NCBI GenBank assembly: GCA_003248865.1 | Contig: QFPK01000005.1 | Location: 95,465 to 159,464 of the forward strand | Length of the DNA stretch: 64,000 nt | Direction of reading: 5' to 3' | DNA from: Sphingomonas sp. | GTDB lineage: Bacteria > Pseudomonadota > Alphaproteobacteria > Sphingomonadales > Sphingomonadaceae | In this document: one piece after another, positions 9,473 through 19,488 of the stretch | How the letters are laid out: every line of letters starts with the position of its first letter | Position numbering within the stretch: position 1 is the stretch's first letter | The notes under the pieces: model-generated | Told to the model about the DNA's origin: nothing | What the model saw: the letters and a program-made list of their open reading frames with translations, nothing else | The model's database searches: none | Position numbers and translations under genes: made by a program

Positions 9473-10545
9473 TGCCGATCCTGCCGGGCGCGACCATCGG
9501 AATCTTGGGGGGCGGCCAACTGGGCCGGATGCTCGCGCTGGCGGCCGCGCCGTTGGGATATAAGGTGCATGTGTTCGCGCCGGAAGGCGAGGCAGTCGCC
9601 GTGGATGTGGCTGCCGCAGAGACTCGCGCCGATTACGGTGACGAGACCGCACTGGCGGCCTTTGCGGGCCGGTGCGACGTGATCACCTACGAGTTTGAGA
9701 ATGTGCCATCCGCCAGCGTCGCCTTTCTGGAGGCGCTGAAACCGGTGCGGCCGGGGCCCAAGGCGCTGGACGTGGCGCAGGACCGGCTTTCGGAAAAGCA
9801 GTTCGTGGAAGCGCTGGGCGGGCGGACGGCGCCGTTCCGTGCGGTGGAGACGCTGGCGGAGCTGGAGACGGCTCTGGCGGAGCTGGGCACGCCCGCCATC
9901 CTGAAGACACGGCGTTTCGGTTACGACGGCAAGGGGCAGGCGCGGATCACGACTCCGGCGGACGCGGCGGAGGCCTTTGCGTCTCTGGGTGGCAAAGGGT
10001 TGATTCTGGAAGGGTTTGTTCGGTTTGAAGCCGAATTCTCCATTCTGGTCGCCCGCTCCCCGCTGGGGCGCGAGGTGCATTATCCCGCCTGCCTGAACGA
10101 GCATGAGGACGGCATCCTGGCGCGCACCACGGTACCTGCTGCCGGCATCGATCCGGCGCATGTGGATGCCGCGACCGCGCTGGTGGTGCGGATCGCCGAT
10201 GCGCTGGATTATGTGGGCGTGCTGGCCTGCGAATTCTTCGCCACTCCCGCGGGGCCCCTGTTCAACGAAATGGCGCCGCGGGTGCACAACAGCGGCCACT
10301 GGAGCATCGAAGGCGCTGCCACGTCTCAGTTCGAACAGCATGTGCGCGCGATCTGCGGCCTGCCGCTGGGGCCGGTGGAGTTGACCGCGCCGCTGGTGGA
10401 GATGCTGAACCTGCTGGGCGACACCTCGGCAGAGTGGGGGCGCATCCTGGCCGATCCGACCGCGCATCTGCACCTCTATGGCAAGGCGGACGCCGTGCCG
10501 GGGCGCAAGATGGGGCATGTGACGAGGCTGTTGCAGGCCCCCTAG
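9472..10545 (+). CDS. purK: 5-(carboxyamino)imidazole ribonucleotide synthase
   Basis: 357 aa ATP-grasp protein (GILGGGQLGRM, YEFENV, FNEMAPRVHNSGHW). Overlaps the purE stop. Confidence 0.92.
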   Translation: MPILPGATIGILGGGQLGRMLALAAAPLGYKVHVFAPEGEAVAVDVAAAETRADYGDETALAAFAGRCDVITYEFENVPSASVAFLEALKPVRPGPKALDVAQDRLSEKQFVEALGGRTAPFRAVETLAELETALAELGTPAILKTRRFGYDGKGQARITTPADAAEAFASLGGKGLILEGFVRFEAEFSILVARSPLGREVHYPACLNEHEDGILARTTVPAAGIDPAHVDAATALVVRIADALDYVGVLACEFFATPAGPLFNEMAPRVHNSGHWSIEGAATSQFEQHVRAICGLPLGPVELTAPLVEMLNLLGDTSAEWGRILADPTAHLHLYGKADAVPGRKMGHVTRLLQAP

Positions 10546-10591
10546 CGACGGCCGGTGGTTGTGATATCCTCTCGGTCGGGAGGATTGAACC

Positions 10592-11194
10592 ATGCGCATC
10601 TCACTTGTGCGCGGATTGCTGCCCGCAGCCCTGCTGGCCGCCGCCGCCATTCCCGCCGTCCTCGTTTCCTCGGCCGCCAATGCAGCCGTTTCCATCCTGG
10701 GCGGAAATTCCTCCGGGCGGGATTGTTACTTGGCGGCAGAATTCAAGCGCGAGACCCGCGCCAGCCTGGATGTGTGCAGCCGGGCGCTCGAACTGGATTC
10801 ACTGACTAGGCGCGATCGTGCCGCGACGCTGGTGAACCGGGGCATCGTCTATATGCAGTCGCGCGATCTGGAAAATGCCGTTGCCGATTACAAGGCCGCC
10901 ATCGCCATGAACCCGGGGCTTGCAGAGGCGCACATCAACCTGGGAATCGCCCTGCTGCATCGGGGCGGGCAGGATCAGGCCGCCATCGACATGCTGACCC
11001 GCGCGCTGGATATGAAGCCGGAACGGCCGGAAGTTGCGCTGTATACGCGCGCCATGGCCTATGAGATGATTGGTAACGCCAAGGCTGCCTATGAGGATTA
11101 CTCTGCCGCCGCCGCGCTGGCGCCGGACTGGAAAGAGCCTGCCGAGCAGCTGAAGCGCTTCTCTGTGGAACGGCGAAGGACAGCGCGGGGGTAG
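10592..11194 (+). CDS. secreted TPR-repeat protein
   Basis: 200 aa with a signal-peptide-like N-terminus and several TPR-like A/Y/N repeats. Confidence 0.65.
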   Translation: MRISLVRGLLPAALLAAAAIPAVLVSSAANAAVSILGGNSSGRDCYLAAEFKRETRASLDVCSRALELDSLTRRDRAATLVNRGIVYMQSRDLENAVADYKAAIAMNPGLAEAHINLGIALLHRGGQDQAAIDMLTRALDMKPERPEVALYTRAMAYEMIGNAKAAYEDYSAAAALAPDWKEPAEQLKRFSVERRRTARG

Positions 11195-11240
11195 CAGCTG
11201 GGCAAAGAGGGCGTTTTGGTGTGCGGCGCGCGATGCGCCG

Positions 11241-12821
11241 TCAGTTCGTGATTTCCATCTCAAGCTGCGAGAAGTCCCCTCGTGCCAGGGCATCTCTGTC
11301 GATCGTCAATACAATCGTGCACAAGTCTCCCCAGATCCAGCCCTGCATCTTGCTTGTTGCCAGTTCCAGCAGGACTTCCGTATTCGTGTCAGGGCCGAGC
11401 GGCGTATCCACAAAGCCCAGCGGAGCATGTCCCATTGCGCCGTAAAAGCACTTGGCGTCCTGGTTCCAGATCGTTTCCATCCTGTTTCGCATTTCTGGGC
11501 GCAGACGGGCTGGATTTTGAGTGTAGGCGTTCAGGATATGCCAGTATAATTGTGATGAATATGGGCGCCACCACCAATTCTGAATAGATGATGATCTTTC
11601 GGGGACATCCCTTAGAAAATAATGAGAAATATTAAAGTTCTCATAATTATTTTCGTCTCTTCCGATTAATTCATAAGAATAATATTTAATATTATTTATT
11701 TTATTATAAAAAATTGATAACTTTTCTTCATTAAAATTCGTTGTATATGTAGAAATAAGTTTATTTAATTTTCTAAATTCATTCAAACTATTTTGAGATA
11801 TTTTCTTAGAGTTATTCAATAATTCAATATTCTCTGGATAAGAATTTACGGAATAAGATAGATGATTCATGATTTCTGCCTGTTTGGCAAAAAAATCCTC
11901 CATGATTTTCAACAGGGATGATAGGGAATTCTCGTCAAACGGCTGCATTTCCGGATTTTCGAGATTTGGCTGAAAGCCGCTCCACACATCGCCAATCTGA
12001 CCTGCGCCAAGGGAATCTTGCCGACCCTCTTCGATCTTCACCGGCCAGCGGGGAAGCTGCTCGTCCCCTGAGAAGGCGGCCTCCTTTTCATACCAACTGG
12101 CCCATGACGCACCAATCTGTCCCGGTCCGTTTTGCTCTTCGATTTCTCCCTTGAAATGAAGGGCTGCCGGCTCGGCGGTTTCGGGGTGAAGGAAAATCGC
12201 CAGCCAGCCTTCTCTTGGCCCGATCCCTGACCACAAACCCTTGGGAAGGCTTGCCAGATTGATCTGGCAGAGGAAACGCAGCGGCGTGTCGCCCATTTGC
12301 GGCCAGGGTGTTTCCCTGGGCAGTTTCGGCTTGCCGCCGAACCAGCTGTCCGTGTCGTCGAACCGGATCGGCACAATTGGTGTCAGCCTTGCGACGGGGC
12401 GATCCGCGTCCCACGGTCTTTGTTCAACGGCGAATGTTTCAAGCTGCCGTTGAATGAACTCGTTCCGGAGTTTCAGATCAGCTGCCGAGGGTTTCGCGTT
12501 GGTGGCCGAGCCGGGCTGGGAACCGACTGCATTTTGAGCCCTGTTTTGCGGAATGCTTCCAGCCCGCTGTGCGGCGTTGAGAAAGCGCATCATGCCCCAT
12601 GCCGCGACAGCGCCCATAACGAACAGCACTCCTGCGGCGAGCGGAGCGCCCAACGGACCTACCAGCGTGACATCAACGCCGGTTGCAATTGCGCGGAGGA
12701 GGGCCGCCTTAAACCCAGTCTTGCCGGGTTTCATCAAGACCGGGAAGCCATTGAGAAGGTCTAAGGCGATAATCCAGAAAAACAGCGCAGGCGATAAAAT
12801 CACAAAGATACGCTTTAACAT
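11241..12821 (-). CDS. membrane-anchored DUF1963 (YwqG-like) domain protein with an AT-rich in-frame insert
   Basis: Has N-terminal TM helices. DUF1963-like N-half (FGGKPKLP...LRFLCQINLASLP) and C-terminal WGD motif (GWIWGDLCTIVLTI) are present. ATG at 12821 is preceded by TGGAG, with an alternative GTG at 12845. GC is clearly lower than in neighbours. Confidence 0.65.
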   Translation of the reverse strand: MLKRIFVILSPALFFWIIALDLLNGFPVLMKPGKTGFKAALLRAIATGVDVTLVGPLGAPLAAGVLFVMGAVAAWGMMRFLNAAQRAGSIPQNRAQNAVGSQPGSATNAKPSAADLKLRNEFIQRQLETFAVEQRPWDADRPVARLTPIVPIRFDDTDSWFGGKPKLPRETPWPQMGDTPLRFLCQINLASLPKGLWSGIGPREGWLAIFLHPETAEPAALHFKGEIEEQNGPGQIGASWASWYEKEAAFSGDEQLPRWPVKIEEGRQDSLGAGQIGDVWSGFQPNLENPEMQPFDENSLSSLLKIMEDFFAKQAEIMNHLSYSVNSYPENIELLNNSKKISQNSLNEFRKLNKLISTYTTNFNEEKLSIFYNKINNIKYYSYELIGRDENNYENFNISHYFLRDVPERSSSIQNWWWRPYSSQLYWHILNAYTQNPARLRPEMRNRMETIWNQDAKCFYGAMGHAPLGFVDTPLGPDTNTEVLLELATSKMQGWIWGDLCTIVLTIDRDALARGDFSQLEMEITN

Positions 12822-12948
12822 TACAAAATTGCTCCAGTGACCCACTCTTTATTATGGCGCACGCTATGGAATTTAAATGTGATTGCAAGCAGGAAGGAGT
12901 TTTTTTCCGAGCAATGAGGTGTGGCCGTTTGCGCTTTGCACAGCCCTG

Positions 12949-14004
12949 TCAGGGCCGCCAGATAAGGCCGATGTCCGGTGGAATCCTGTTCGCCAGCAGG
13001 CGGTTGAAGCTGTCGGTGTAGCCTTGCGGGCCTTGCACGGTTTCCAGATGCAGCCAGTTGGGGGTGGTGGCGAGGAAGGCGGCCATGCTGCTGTTCAGTT
13101 CGGCGTCGAAGGCTTGCTGGCCGATTTCGCGGATGCGGTTGGCCCAGTGGGTGGGGGCGAAGAAGAGGGCAGGTTGTGGGCCTTCCAGCGGTTCGTCGGC
13201 GGGGGCGGCCCAGTCCGTGTCGCCGACGATGTGACTGGCGCTGAGCGCCTTCAGGTGGCGGTGGAGGCGGGCCTTGAGGGCGCCGTTGCCGGCGAAATCC
13301 ACGATGACGCAAGGGATTGCGGGATCGAGGCTTTCCAGCGCGTCGTAGGTGAGGACCTGCGCGTAGAAGCCTGTCTGTTCGACGAAATCCTTGTTGGCGG
13401 ATGAGGTGAGGCCGATGGCCGGGTGGCCGGCGCGCTTCAGATTATAGGCTGTGGCGAGCGCCGTCTTGGCGGAGGCGCTGGTGATGAGGATGGTGCGGCC
13501 CGCGCCGATGTCCCCCTGCAGGCTTTGCGCCAGCACGAAGCCGGTGCCGTAGAGCGGCTGGAACAGGGCGATGAGCGGCTCCGCTTCGGGGGTGACGCCG
13601 GGGGTGGGGCGGTAGCTGTTGTAGACCGGGGCGAGGCCAAGCCGGTGCGCGCTGATGTCGGAGAAGCCTTCGCCCTTCGGTGGGCCGGGGCGGAGTTTCA
13701 CATGGGTGGCGGAGGGCCAGTAGCCGAACAGGCGGCTGCCTTCCACGACATGCGGGCTGTGGCTTTCGCTGACAGTTGCATAGCCCCAGACCGGTACAAT
13801 TCCCCAGGCCGGGTCCGATGCGGGGAAGAAATCCCAATAGTTGAGCGGCGGCCCGCCCATAACGGCATAGGTAATGTTATTTGATGTGAGGGCGGCCAGA
13901 TCGATTCGGGCAATGATGTCGCCTTCGTCCGGAGAGAGGTCTAACGCCTGAATTTGTTGTTTCGACAGATCCGCGCGAGCAATTTCAATGGAATATTGCG
14001 ACAT
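12949..14004 (-). CDS. DUF2855-family protein
   Basis: LNYWDFFP...WGIVPVWGYATV...GYWPSATHVKLRP pattern. ATG at 14004 is preceded by GGAGAGGGAG (the ORF as listed extends to 14061). Confidence 0.7.
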   Translation of the reverse strand: MSQYSIEIARADLSKQQIQALDLSPDEGDIIARIDLAALTSNNITYAVMGGPPLNYWDFFPASDPAWGIVPVWGYATVSESHSPHVVEGSRLFGYWPSATHVKLRPGPPKGEGFSDISAHRLGLAPVYNSYRPTPGVTPEAEPLIALFQPLYGTGFVLAQSLQGDIGAGRTILITSASAKTALATAYNLKRAGHPAIGLTSSANKDFVEQTGFYAQVLTYDALESLDPAIPCVIVDFAGNGALKARLHRHLKALSASHIVGDTDWAAPADEPLEGPQPALFFAPTHWANRIREIGQQAFDAELNSSMAAFLATTPNWLHLETVQGPQGYTDSFNRLLANRIPPDIGLIWRP

Positions 14005-14118
14005 TTCGATGAACTCCCTCTCCGCCACTTGAGAGGATAGCCGAAATGCGGGAAGCTGCATCTGCGGATTGGATCAGGGGTGAATCGAAATCCGCAGGCT
14101 TGTTGCAGGAGCGGGGCG

Positions 14119-14478
14119 ATGGGCAGGCAGGATGTGCGCGGCATCGCCGCGGATTATGCGGCGCTGATGGCGGCCGGGCATATGGATCAGGCCGCACTGA
14201 AATACTGGCATGAGGATATCGCCACCTTCGAGGCGGTGCCGGGCGAGCATGCGGAGACGCGGGGGCGCGCGGAGACGGCCGCCAAGGCGGAATGGTGGGC
14301 CGCCAATCACGAGATCCACGGTTTCCGGTCTGAAGGGCCATTCGTGAACGGGGACAGTTTCCTGATCGTGATGGATCTGGACGTGACGCCCAACGGCGGG
14401 GCGCGGACGCATGTGCGCGAAATCGTCGGTTACAAGGTGGCCGGCGGGAAGGTTGTGGAAGAGCGTTATTATTATTGA
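14119..14478 (+). CDS. SnoaL/NTF2-like fold protein
   Basis: About 119 aa of small alpha+beta-barrel-like sequence. ATG at 14119 is preceded by AGGAGCGGGG. Confidence 0.5.
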   Translation: MGRQDVRGIAADYAALMAAGHMDQAALKYWHEDIATFEAVPGEHAETRGRAETAAKAEWWAANHEIHGFRSEGPFVNGDSFLIVMDLDVTPNGGARTHVREIVGYKVAGGKVVEERYYY

Positions 14479-14505
14479 AGAAGGGGCCGGTTTCCCGGCC
14501 CCTTC
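14479..14505. terminator. bidirectional hairpin between convergent genes
   Basis: GAAGGGGCCGG-tttc-CCGGCCCCTTC sits between the SnoaL-like gene (+) and hsp20 (-). T-runs are weak. Confidence 0.45.
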
Positions 14506-14536
14506 GATTATCGGCTTTTGCCTGCTGCGGGGAAGC

Positions 14537-15001
14537 TTACGCCGCTTCGCCGTCGATGAGCGGGGCGTCGTTGGCGCCGATCTCCACCTTGCGGGGCTTC
14601 TTGTGCTCAGGCACTTCGCGCTGCAGGTCGATATTGAGCAGGCCGTTCTCGAAGCTCGCGCCCGTCACCTTGATGACGTCGGCGAGCTGGAAGCGGCGCT
14701 CGAACGCGCGCTTGGCGATTCCGCGATGCAGGAAGGTGCGCTCGGCGGGCTGGGCTTCGTCGGCCGCCTTGCCGGTGACGATCAGGGTGTTTTCCTGCAC
14801 GGTGATGTCGAGCTCGGAGCGCTCGAAACCGGCGACGGCCATGGTGATGCGATAGGCGTCGGAGCCGAGCTTCTCGATATTGTAGGGCGGGAAGCTGGTG
14901 TCGGTTTCGGCGGCGCGGGCGACGCTGTCGATCAGGCGGTTGAGATTCTCAAAGCCGATGGACGAGCGGAGCAGGGGGGTGAAATCGAAGTTGGAACGCA
15001 T
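14537..15001 (-). CDS. Hsp20/alpha-crystallin small heat-shock protein (IbpA-like)
   Basis: 154 aa: MRSNFDFTPLLRSSIGFENL..PPYNIEKLGSDAYRITMAVAGF..GLLNIDL. ATG at 15001. Confidence 0.9.
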   Translation of the reverse strand: MRSNFDFTPLLRSSIGFENLNRLIDSVARAAETDTSFPPYNIEKLGSDAYRITMAVAGFERSELDITVQENTLIVTGKAADEAQPAERTFLHRGIAKRAFERRFQLADVIKVTGASFENGLLNIDLQREVPEHKKPRKVEIGANDAPLIDGEAA

Positions 15002-15137
15002 GGGATTTCCCATCCTTTCAAAGCAATGGTCCGTGTGTGGCCCGCCTGACGGCCGGGCCTGTCTGTAGTTTGGCCCGCCTTGCGGCCGGGCCGGCGTGGG
15101 GCGCGGCCCCCGAAGGCTGCCGCTGTCCACATCCGGG

Positions 15138-15166
15138 AATCTGGGCGCGGCAATTGGCGTTTCAAG
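15138..15166 (-). promoter_or_regulatory. possible RpoH (sigma-32)-type promoter for hsp20
   Basis: The minus strand reads CTTGAA-N14-GCCCAGATT, about 130 nt upstream of the hsp20 start. Resemblance to CTTGAA/CCCCATNT only. Confidence 0.25.
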
Positions 15167-15292
15167 AGGGGGTGTAGGCGGACTTTCGGGGGGCGGCGTG
15201 GCGGCGCTGCACTTGCGCAGGCGGGGGGCGGCCCCTTAATGGGGCGGAAGGTGGGCCGGCGCGGCCCCGTTGAGTACGGAATAGCGAGACAC

Positions 15293-17956
15293 ATGACTTC
15301 GACCGCCGACATCCGGGCTTCCTTCCTGGACCATTTTGCGAAGGCCGGCCATGCGCTGGTGCCGTCTGCGCCTCTGGTGCCGCAGAATGATCCGACCCTG
15401 ATGTTCGTGAACGCCGGCATGGTGCCGTTCAAGAATGTGTTCACGGGGCTGGAAACCCGCCCCTACAGCACGGCCACTTCCAGCCAGAAGTGCGTGCGCG
15501 CGGGCGGCAAGCACAATGACCTGGACAATGTGGGCTATACCGCGCGCCACCATACCTTCTTTGAAATGCTGGGGAATTTTTCCTTCGGCGATTATTTCAA
15601 GGATCAGGCGATCACGCTGGCGTGGGACCTGCTGACGGGCACCTGGGGCTTGCCGAAGGACAAGCTGACCGTGACCGTGTACCACACGGATGACGAGGCG
15701 TTCGACCTGTGGAAGAAGATCGCCGGGCTGCCGGAGGAGCGGATCATCCGCATCCCCACAGCCGACAATTTCTGGTCCATGGGCGATACCGGGCCGTGCG
15801 GGCCCTGTTCCGAGATTTTCTATGACCATGGCCCCCATATTCCCGGCGGCCCCCCGGGTTCGCCCGACGAGGACGGCGACCGCTTCGTGGAAGTGTGGAA
15901 CCTGGTGTTCATGCAGTTCGACCAGCAGCCGGACGGAACCCGGCTGAACCTGCCCCGCCCCTCCATCGACACCGGCATGGGGCTGGAGCGGATCGCGGCC
16001 GTGCTGCAGGGCACGCACGACAATTTCGAGATCGATATTTTCAAGCAGCTGATCGGGGAATCCGCGGCGCTGACGAAGACGCCGACGGACGCGGTGAACA
16101 CCCGCGCCTCACACCGGGTGATCGCGGACCATCTGCGCTCCGCCGGGTTCCTGGTGGCCGACGGCGTGCTGCCGGCGAACGAGGGGCGGGGCTATGTGCT
16201 GCGGCGGATCATGCGCCGTGCCATGCGCCATGCGCATCTGCTGGGCGCCGCTGAACCTTTGATGCACCGGCTGGTGCCCGCGCTGGTGAGCACCATGGGC
16301 GGGGCCTTCCCCGAGCTGGTGCGGGCGCAGGCGCTGATCGCGGAGACGCTGAAGCTGGAGGAGACCCGCTTCCGCCAGACGCTGCAGAACGGGCTGAAGC
16401 TGCTGGACGACGCCACCGCCGGCTTGAAGCCGGGCGCGGTGCTGCCGGGCGATGTCGCCTTCCGCCTGTATGACACCTATGGCTTCCCCTATGACCTGAC
16501 CGAGGATGCGCTGAAGGCGCAGGGTCTGGGCGTGGACCGGGCCGGGTTCGATGCCAGCATGGCCGAGCAGAAGGCACGGGCGCGGGCTGCCTGGGCCGGT
16601 TCCGGGGCGAATGCCACCGACAGCCTGTGGTTCGATCTGGCCGAGAAGCTGGGGGCGACCGATTTCATCGGTTACTCTACCACCGGGGCCGAAGGCGCCA
16701 TCGTGGCGCTGGTGAAGGATGGAGCCGAGGTTTCCGAGGCCCATGCCGGTGACGAGCTGGTGATCCTGACCAACCAGACGCCTTTCTATGCCGAAAGCGG
16801 CGGGCAGGTGGGCGATACCGGCGTGATCTCGGTGGGCGAGGCGCGCTTCGAGGTGAGCGACACGCAGAAGCCGCTGGGCAAGCTGCATGCGCATTCTGGC
16901 AAGCTGGTCTCCGGCACGCTGAAAGTGGGCGATGCGGTGCAGCTGAAGGTGGATGCCGAGCGCCGGGCGCAGGTGAAGGCCAACCATTCGGCCACCCACC
17001 TGATGCATGCGGCGCTGCGCCGGGTGCTGGGCGCGCATGTCAGCCAGAAGGGCTCGCTGGTCGCGCCGGACAAGCTGCGCTTCGATTTCTCGCACCAGAA
17101 GCCGATGACGGCGGAAGAGATCGCGGCTGTCGAGGCCGAGGTGAATGCCGAAATCCGCGCCAACGTGGCCGTAGGCACGCGGCTGATGACGCCGGATGCT
17201 GCCATCGAGGCGGGCGCGCTGGCGCTGTTCGGCGAGAAATATGGCGACGAGGTGCGGGTGCTCTCCATGGGGCGTTCAGCCGACACCGGCCGCAGCTATT
17301 CGGTGGAACTGTGCGGTGGCACCCATGTGAACGCCACCGGGGATATCGCGCTGTTCCGCATCGTCTCGGAATCGGCGGTGTCGTCGGGCGTGCGGCGGAT
17401 CGAGGCGCTGACCGGGGTGGAGGCGCTGAAGCATCTGGTGCATCAGGAAAATCTGCTGAAGGCGGCGGCCGCGAGCGTGAAGGCGCGGACCGAGGAAGTG
17501 CCGGACCGGGTGGCTGCGCTGGCCGATACGGTGAAGAAGCTGGAGCGCGAGCTGGCCGACACCAAGAAGGCGCTGGCACTGGCCGGGCCGGGGCAGGCCG
17601 CTGACGTGGCGCTGGAGCAGCTGGGCGATGTGCCCTTCCTGGGCCGGGTGATCGACGATCTGGACCCGAAGGAGCTGCGCGGGCTGCTGGACGAGGAAAA
17701 GCAGCGCCATGGATCGGGCGTGTTCGCCATCGTGGCGACGCGCGACGGGCGCGCCTCCATCGCGGTGAGCGTGTCGGCCGATCTGGCGGGCCGTGCCAAT
17801 GCGGTGGAGCTGGTGCGCGCCGGGGTGGCCGCGCTGGGCGGGCAGGGGGGCGGTGGCCGACCTGACATGGCGCAGGGCGGCGGGCCGGAAGCGGGCAAGG
17901 CGGCCGACGCCATTCAGGCGGTAAAGGCCGCCGTCACCCAGGCCGTCGCGGCCTGA
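15293..17956 (+). CDS. alaS: alanine--tRNA ligase
   Basis: 887 aa from [20 protein letters not shown] with FTNAGM-like ([10 protein letters not shown]), [18 protein letters not shown] at 15293 inside the longer ORF. Confidence 0.95.
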   Translation: MTSTADIRASFLDHFAKAGHALVPSAPLVPQNDPTLMFVNAGMVPFKNVFTGLETRPYSTATSSQKCVRAGGKHNDLDNVGYTARHHTFFEMLGNFSFGDYFKDQAITLAWDLLTGTWGLPKDKLTVTVYHTDDEAFDLWKKIAGLPEERIIRIPTADNFWSMGDTGPCGPCSEIFYDHGPHIPGGPPGSPDEDGDRFVEVWNLVFMQFDQQPDGTRLNLPRPSIDTGMGLERIAAVLQGTHDNFEIDIFKQLIGESAALTKTPTDAVNTRASHRVIADHLRSAGFLVADGVLPANEGRGYVLRRIMRRAMRHAHLLGAAEPLMHRLVPALVSTMGGAFPELVRAQALIAETLKLEETRFRQTLQNGLKLLDDATAGLKPGAVLPGDVAFRLYDTYGFPYDLTEDALKAQGLGVDRAGFDASMAEQKARARAAWAGSGANATDSLWFDLAEKLGATDFIGYSTTGAEGAIVALVKDGAEVSEAHAGDELVILTNQTPFYAESGGQVGDTGVISVGEARFEVSDTQKPLGKLHAHSGKLVSGTLKVGDAVQLKVDAERRAQVKANHSATHLMHAALRRVLGAHVSQKGSLVAPDKLRFDFSHQKPMTAEEIAAVEAEVNAEIRANVAVGTRLMTPDAAIEAGALALFGEKYGDEVRVLSMGRSADTGRSYSVELCGGTHVNATGDIALFRIVSESAVSSGVRRIEALTGVEALKHLVHQENLLKAAAASVKARTEEVPDRVAALADTVKKLERELADTKKALALAGPGQAADVALEQLGDVPFLGRVIDDLDPKELRGLLDEEKQRHGSGVFAIVATRDGRASIAVSVSADLAGRANAVELVRAGVAALGGQGGGGRPDMAQGGGPEAGKAADAIQAVKAAVTQAVAA

Positions 17957-17958
17957 CG

Positions 17959-19488
17959 GTGGCGACGGTCGCGGTGCCGCCGGCCGATGTGCCGCTGCTG
18001 AACCATGCCAGCCCGCGCATCGCCATCGTCGACATCGGATCCAATTCCGTCCGTCTTGTCGTATACAAGGGGCTGACGCGCACGCCCGCTGTGCTGTTCA
18101 ACGAGAAGGTGATGGCGGGGCTGGGCAAGGGGCTGTCGCCGGGCGGGCAGCTTTCCGAGGAAGCCATGGACGTGGCGCTGGCGGCGCTGGCGCGTTTTGC
18201 CTTCCTCGCGCGGTCCATGGGGGTGGACAGTTTGCGCGCGGTGGCGACGGCGGCTGTGCGCGATGCCGCCAACGGGCCGGAATTCGTGGCGCGAATCGAG
18301 CAGTTCACCGGCCTTGAGGTGGAAATCATCGACGGCGAGACCGAGGCGCGCGGGGCGGCCTATGGCGTGATCGCCGGCATTCCCAAGGCCGACGGCGTGG
18401 TGGGCGATCTGGGCGGCGGTTCTCTGGAGCTGGTGCGGATCGCCAATGGCGAGGTGCATGAGCGTCTGTCGTTGCCGCTGGGGTCGCTGAGGCTGGACGC
18501 CTTCCGCAAGAAGGGCCGGCGCGAGCTGACGCAGAAGATCAACCAGGGGCTGAAGGGGCTGGGGTGGGCTGCCCTGGGCAAGGGCAAACCCTTCTATGCC
18601 GTGGGCGGCAGCTGGCGGGCGCTGACGCAGCTGTACATGCACCAGACCGACTGGCCGCTGCCGGTGACACATCATCATGTAATGCCCTCCGACGCGCCGG
18701 AGCGGCTGGTGCGCACGCTGGCGCATATCTCGGTGAAGTCGCTGAAGGATGTGCCCAACATCTCGTCATCGCGGGCGCCGCAGCTGCCGGGGGCGGCGGC
18801 GATGCTGCGGGCGGTGACAGCGAAGCTGGGCAGCAGCTGCATCATCAGCTCTGCCTATGGCTTGCGCGAAGGGCTGCTCTATCAGGCGCTGTCGCCGGCC
18901 GCGCGGCGGCAGGATCCGCTGCTGACGGCCGCGCGTGAGGCGGCCGAGCGCATGGGGCGTTTTTCCGACGGCAGCGATTCCGATGTGGGCGAGGCGCTGC
19001 TGGAGTTCAGCGACAGCTTGTTCCCCGATGAAGCGCCCGAGTTGCGCCGCATCCGCCATGCAGCCTGCCTGCTGGCCGACAGCGCCTGGCGGGCGCACCC
19101 GGACATGCGCGCGGAAGATGCGCTGGACACCGCGCTGCACGGCAATTGGGTGGGCGTGGATGCCGCCGAGCGGGCGATGATGGCGGCTGCGCTTTGGACG
19201 TTGAATGGCGGTGCCATGCCGGGCGGGGAGTCCGATGCGTTGTATCTGCTGGCGCCGGCCGAGCGGCTGGCGCTGGCGCGGCTGTGGGGCCTGACGCTGC
19301 GGCTGGGGCAGCGGCTGGGGGGCGGTGCGGCCGAGGGGCTTCGCGGCAGTGCGCTGGTGAAGGAGCCGGGCTGGCTGGTGCTCAGCCTTCCGCGCGGCGC
19401 CGAGGCGCTCTACGCCGAACCGGTGCAACGACGGCATCGCTATCTGGCGCAGGCGCTGGGGCTGGAGCCGAAGCTTCGTCTGGGCTGA
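17959..19488 (+). CDS. ppx: Ppx/GppA-family exopolyphosphatase
   Basis: 509 aa with IAIVDIGSNSVRLVVY and GDLGGGSLEL. GTG start 2 nt after the alaS stop. Confidence 0.85.
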   Translation: MATVAVPPADVPLLNHASPRIAIVDIGSNSVRLVVYKGLTRTPAVLFNEKVMAGLGKGLSPGGQLSEEAMDVALAALARFAFLARSMGVDSLRAVATAAVRDAANGPEFVARIEQFTGLEVEIIDGETEARGAAYGVIAGIPKADGVVGDLGGGSLELVRIANGEVHERLSLPLGSLRLDAFRKKGRRELTQKINQGLKGLGWAALGKGKPFYAVGGSWRALTQLYMHQTDWPLPVTHHHVMPSDAPERLVRTLAHISVKSLKDVPNISSSRAPQLPGAAAMLRAVTAKLGSSCIISSAYGLREGLLYQALSPAARRQDPLLTAAREAAERMGRFSDGSDSDVGEALLEFSDSLFPDEAPELRRIRHAACLLADSAWRAHPDMRAEDALDTALHGNWVGVDAAERAMMAAALWTLNGGAMPGGESDALYLLAPAERLALARLWGLTLRLGQRLGGGAAEGLRGSALVKEPGWLVLSLPRGAEALYAEPVQRRHRYLAQALGLEPKLRLG

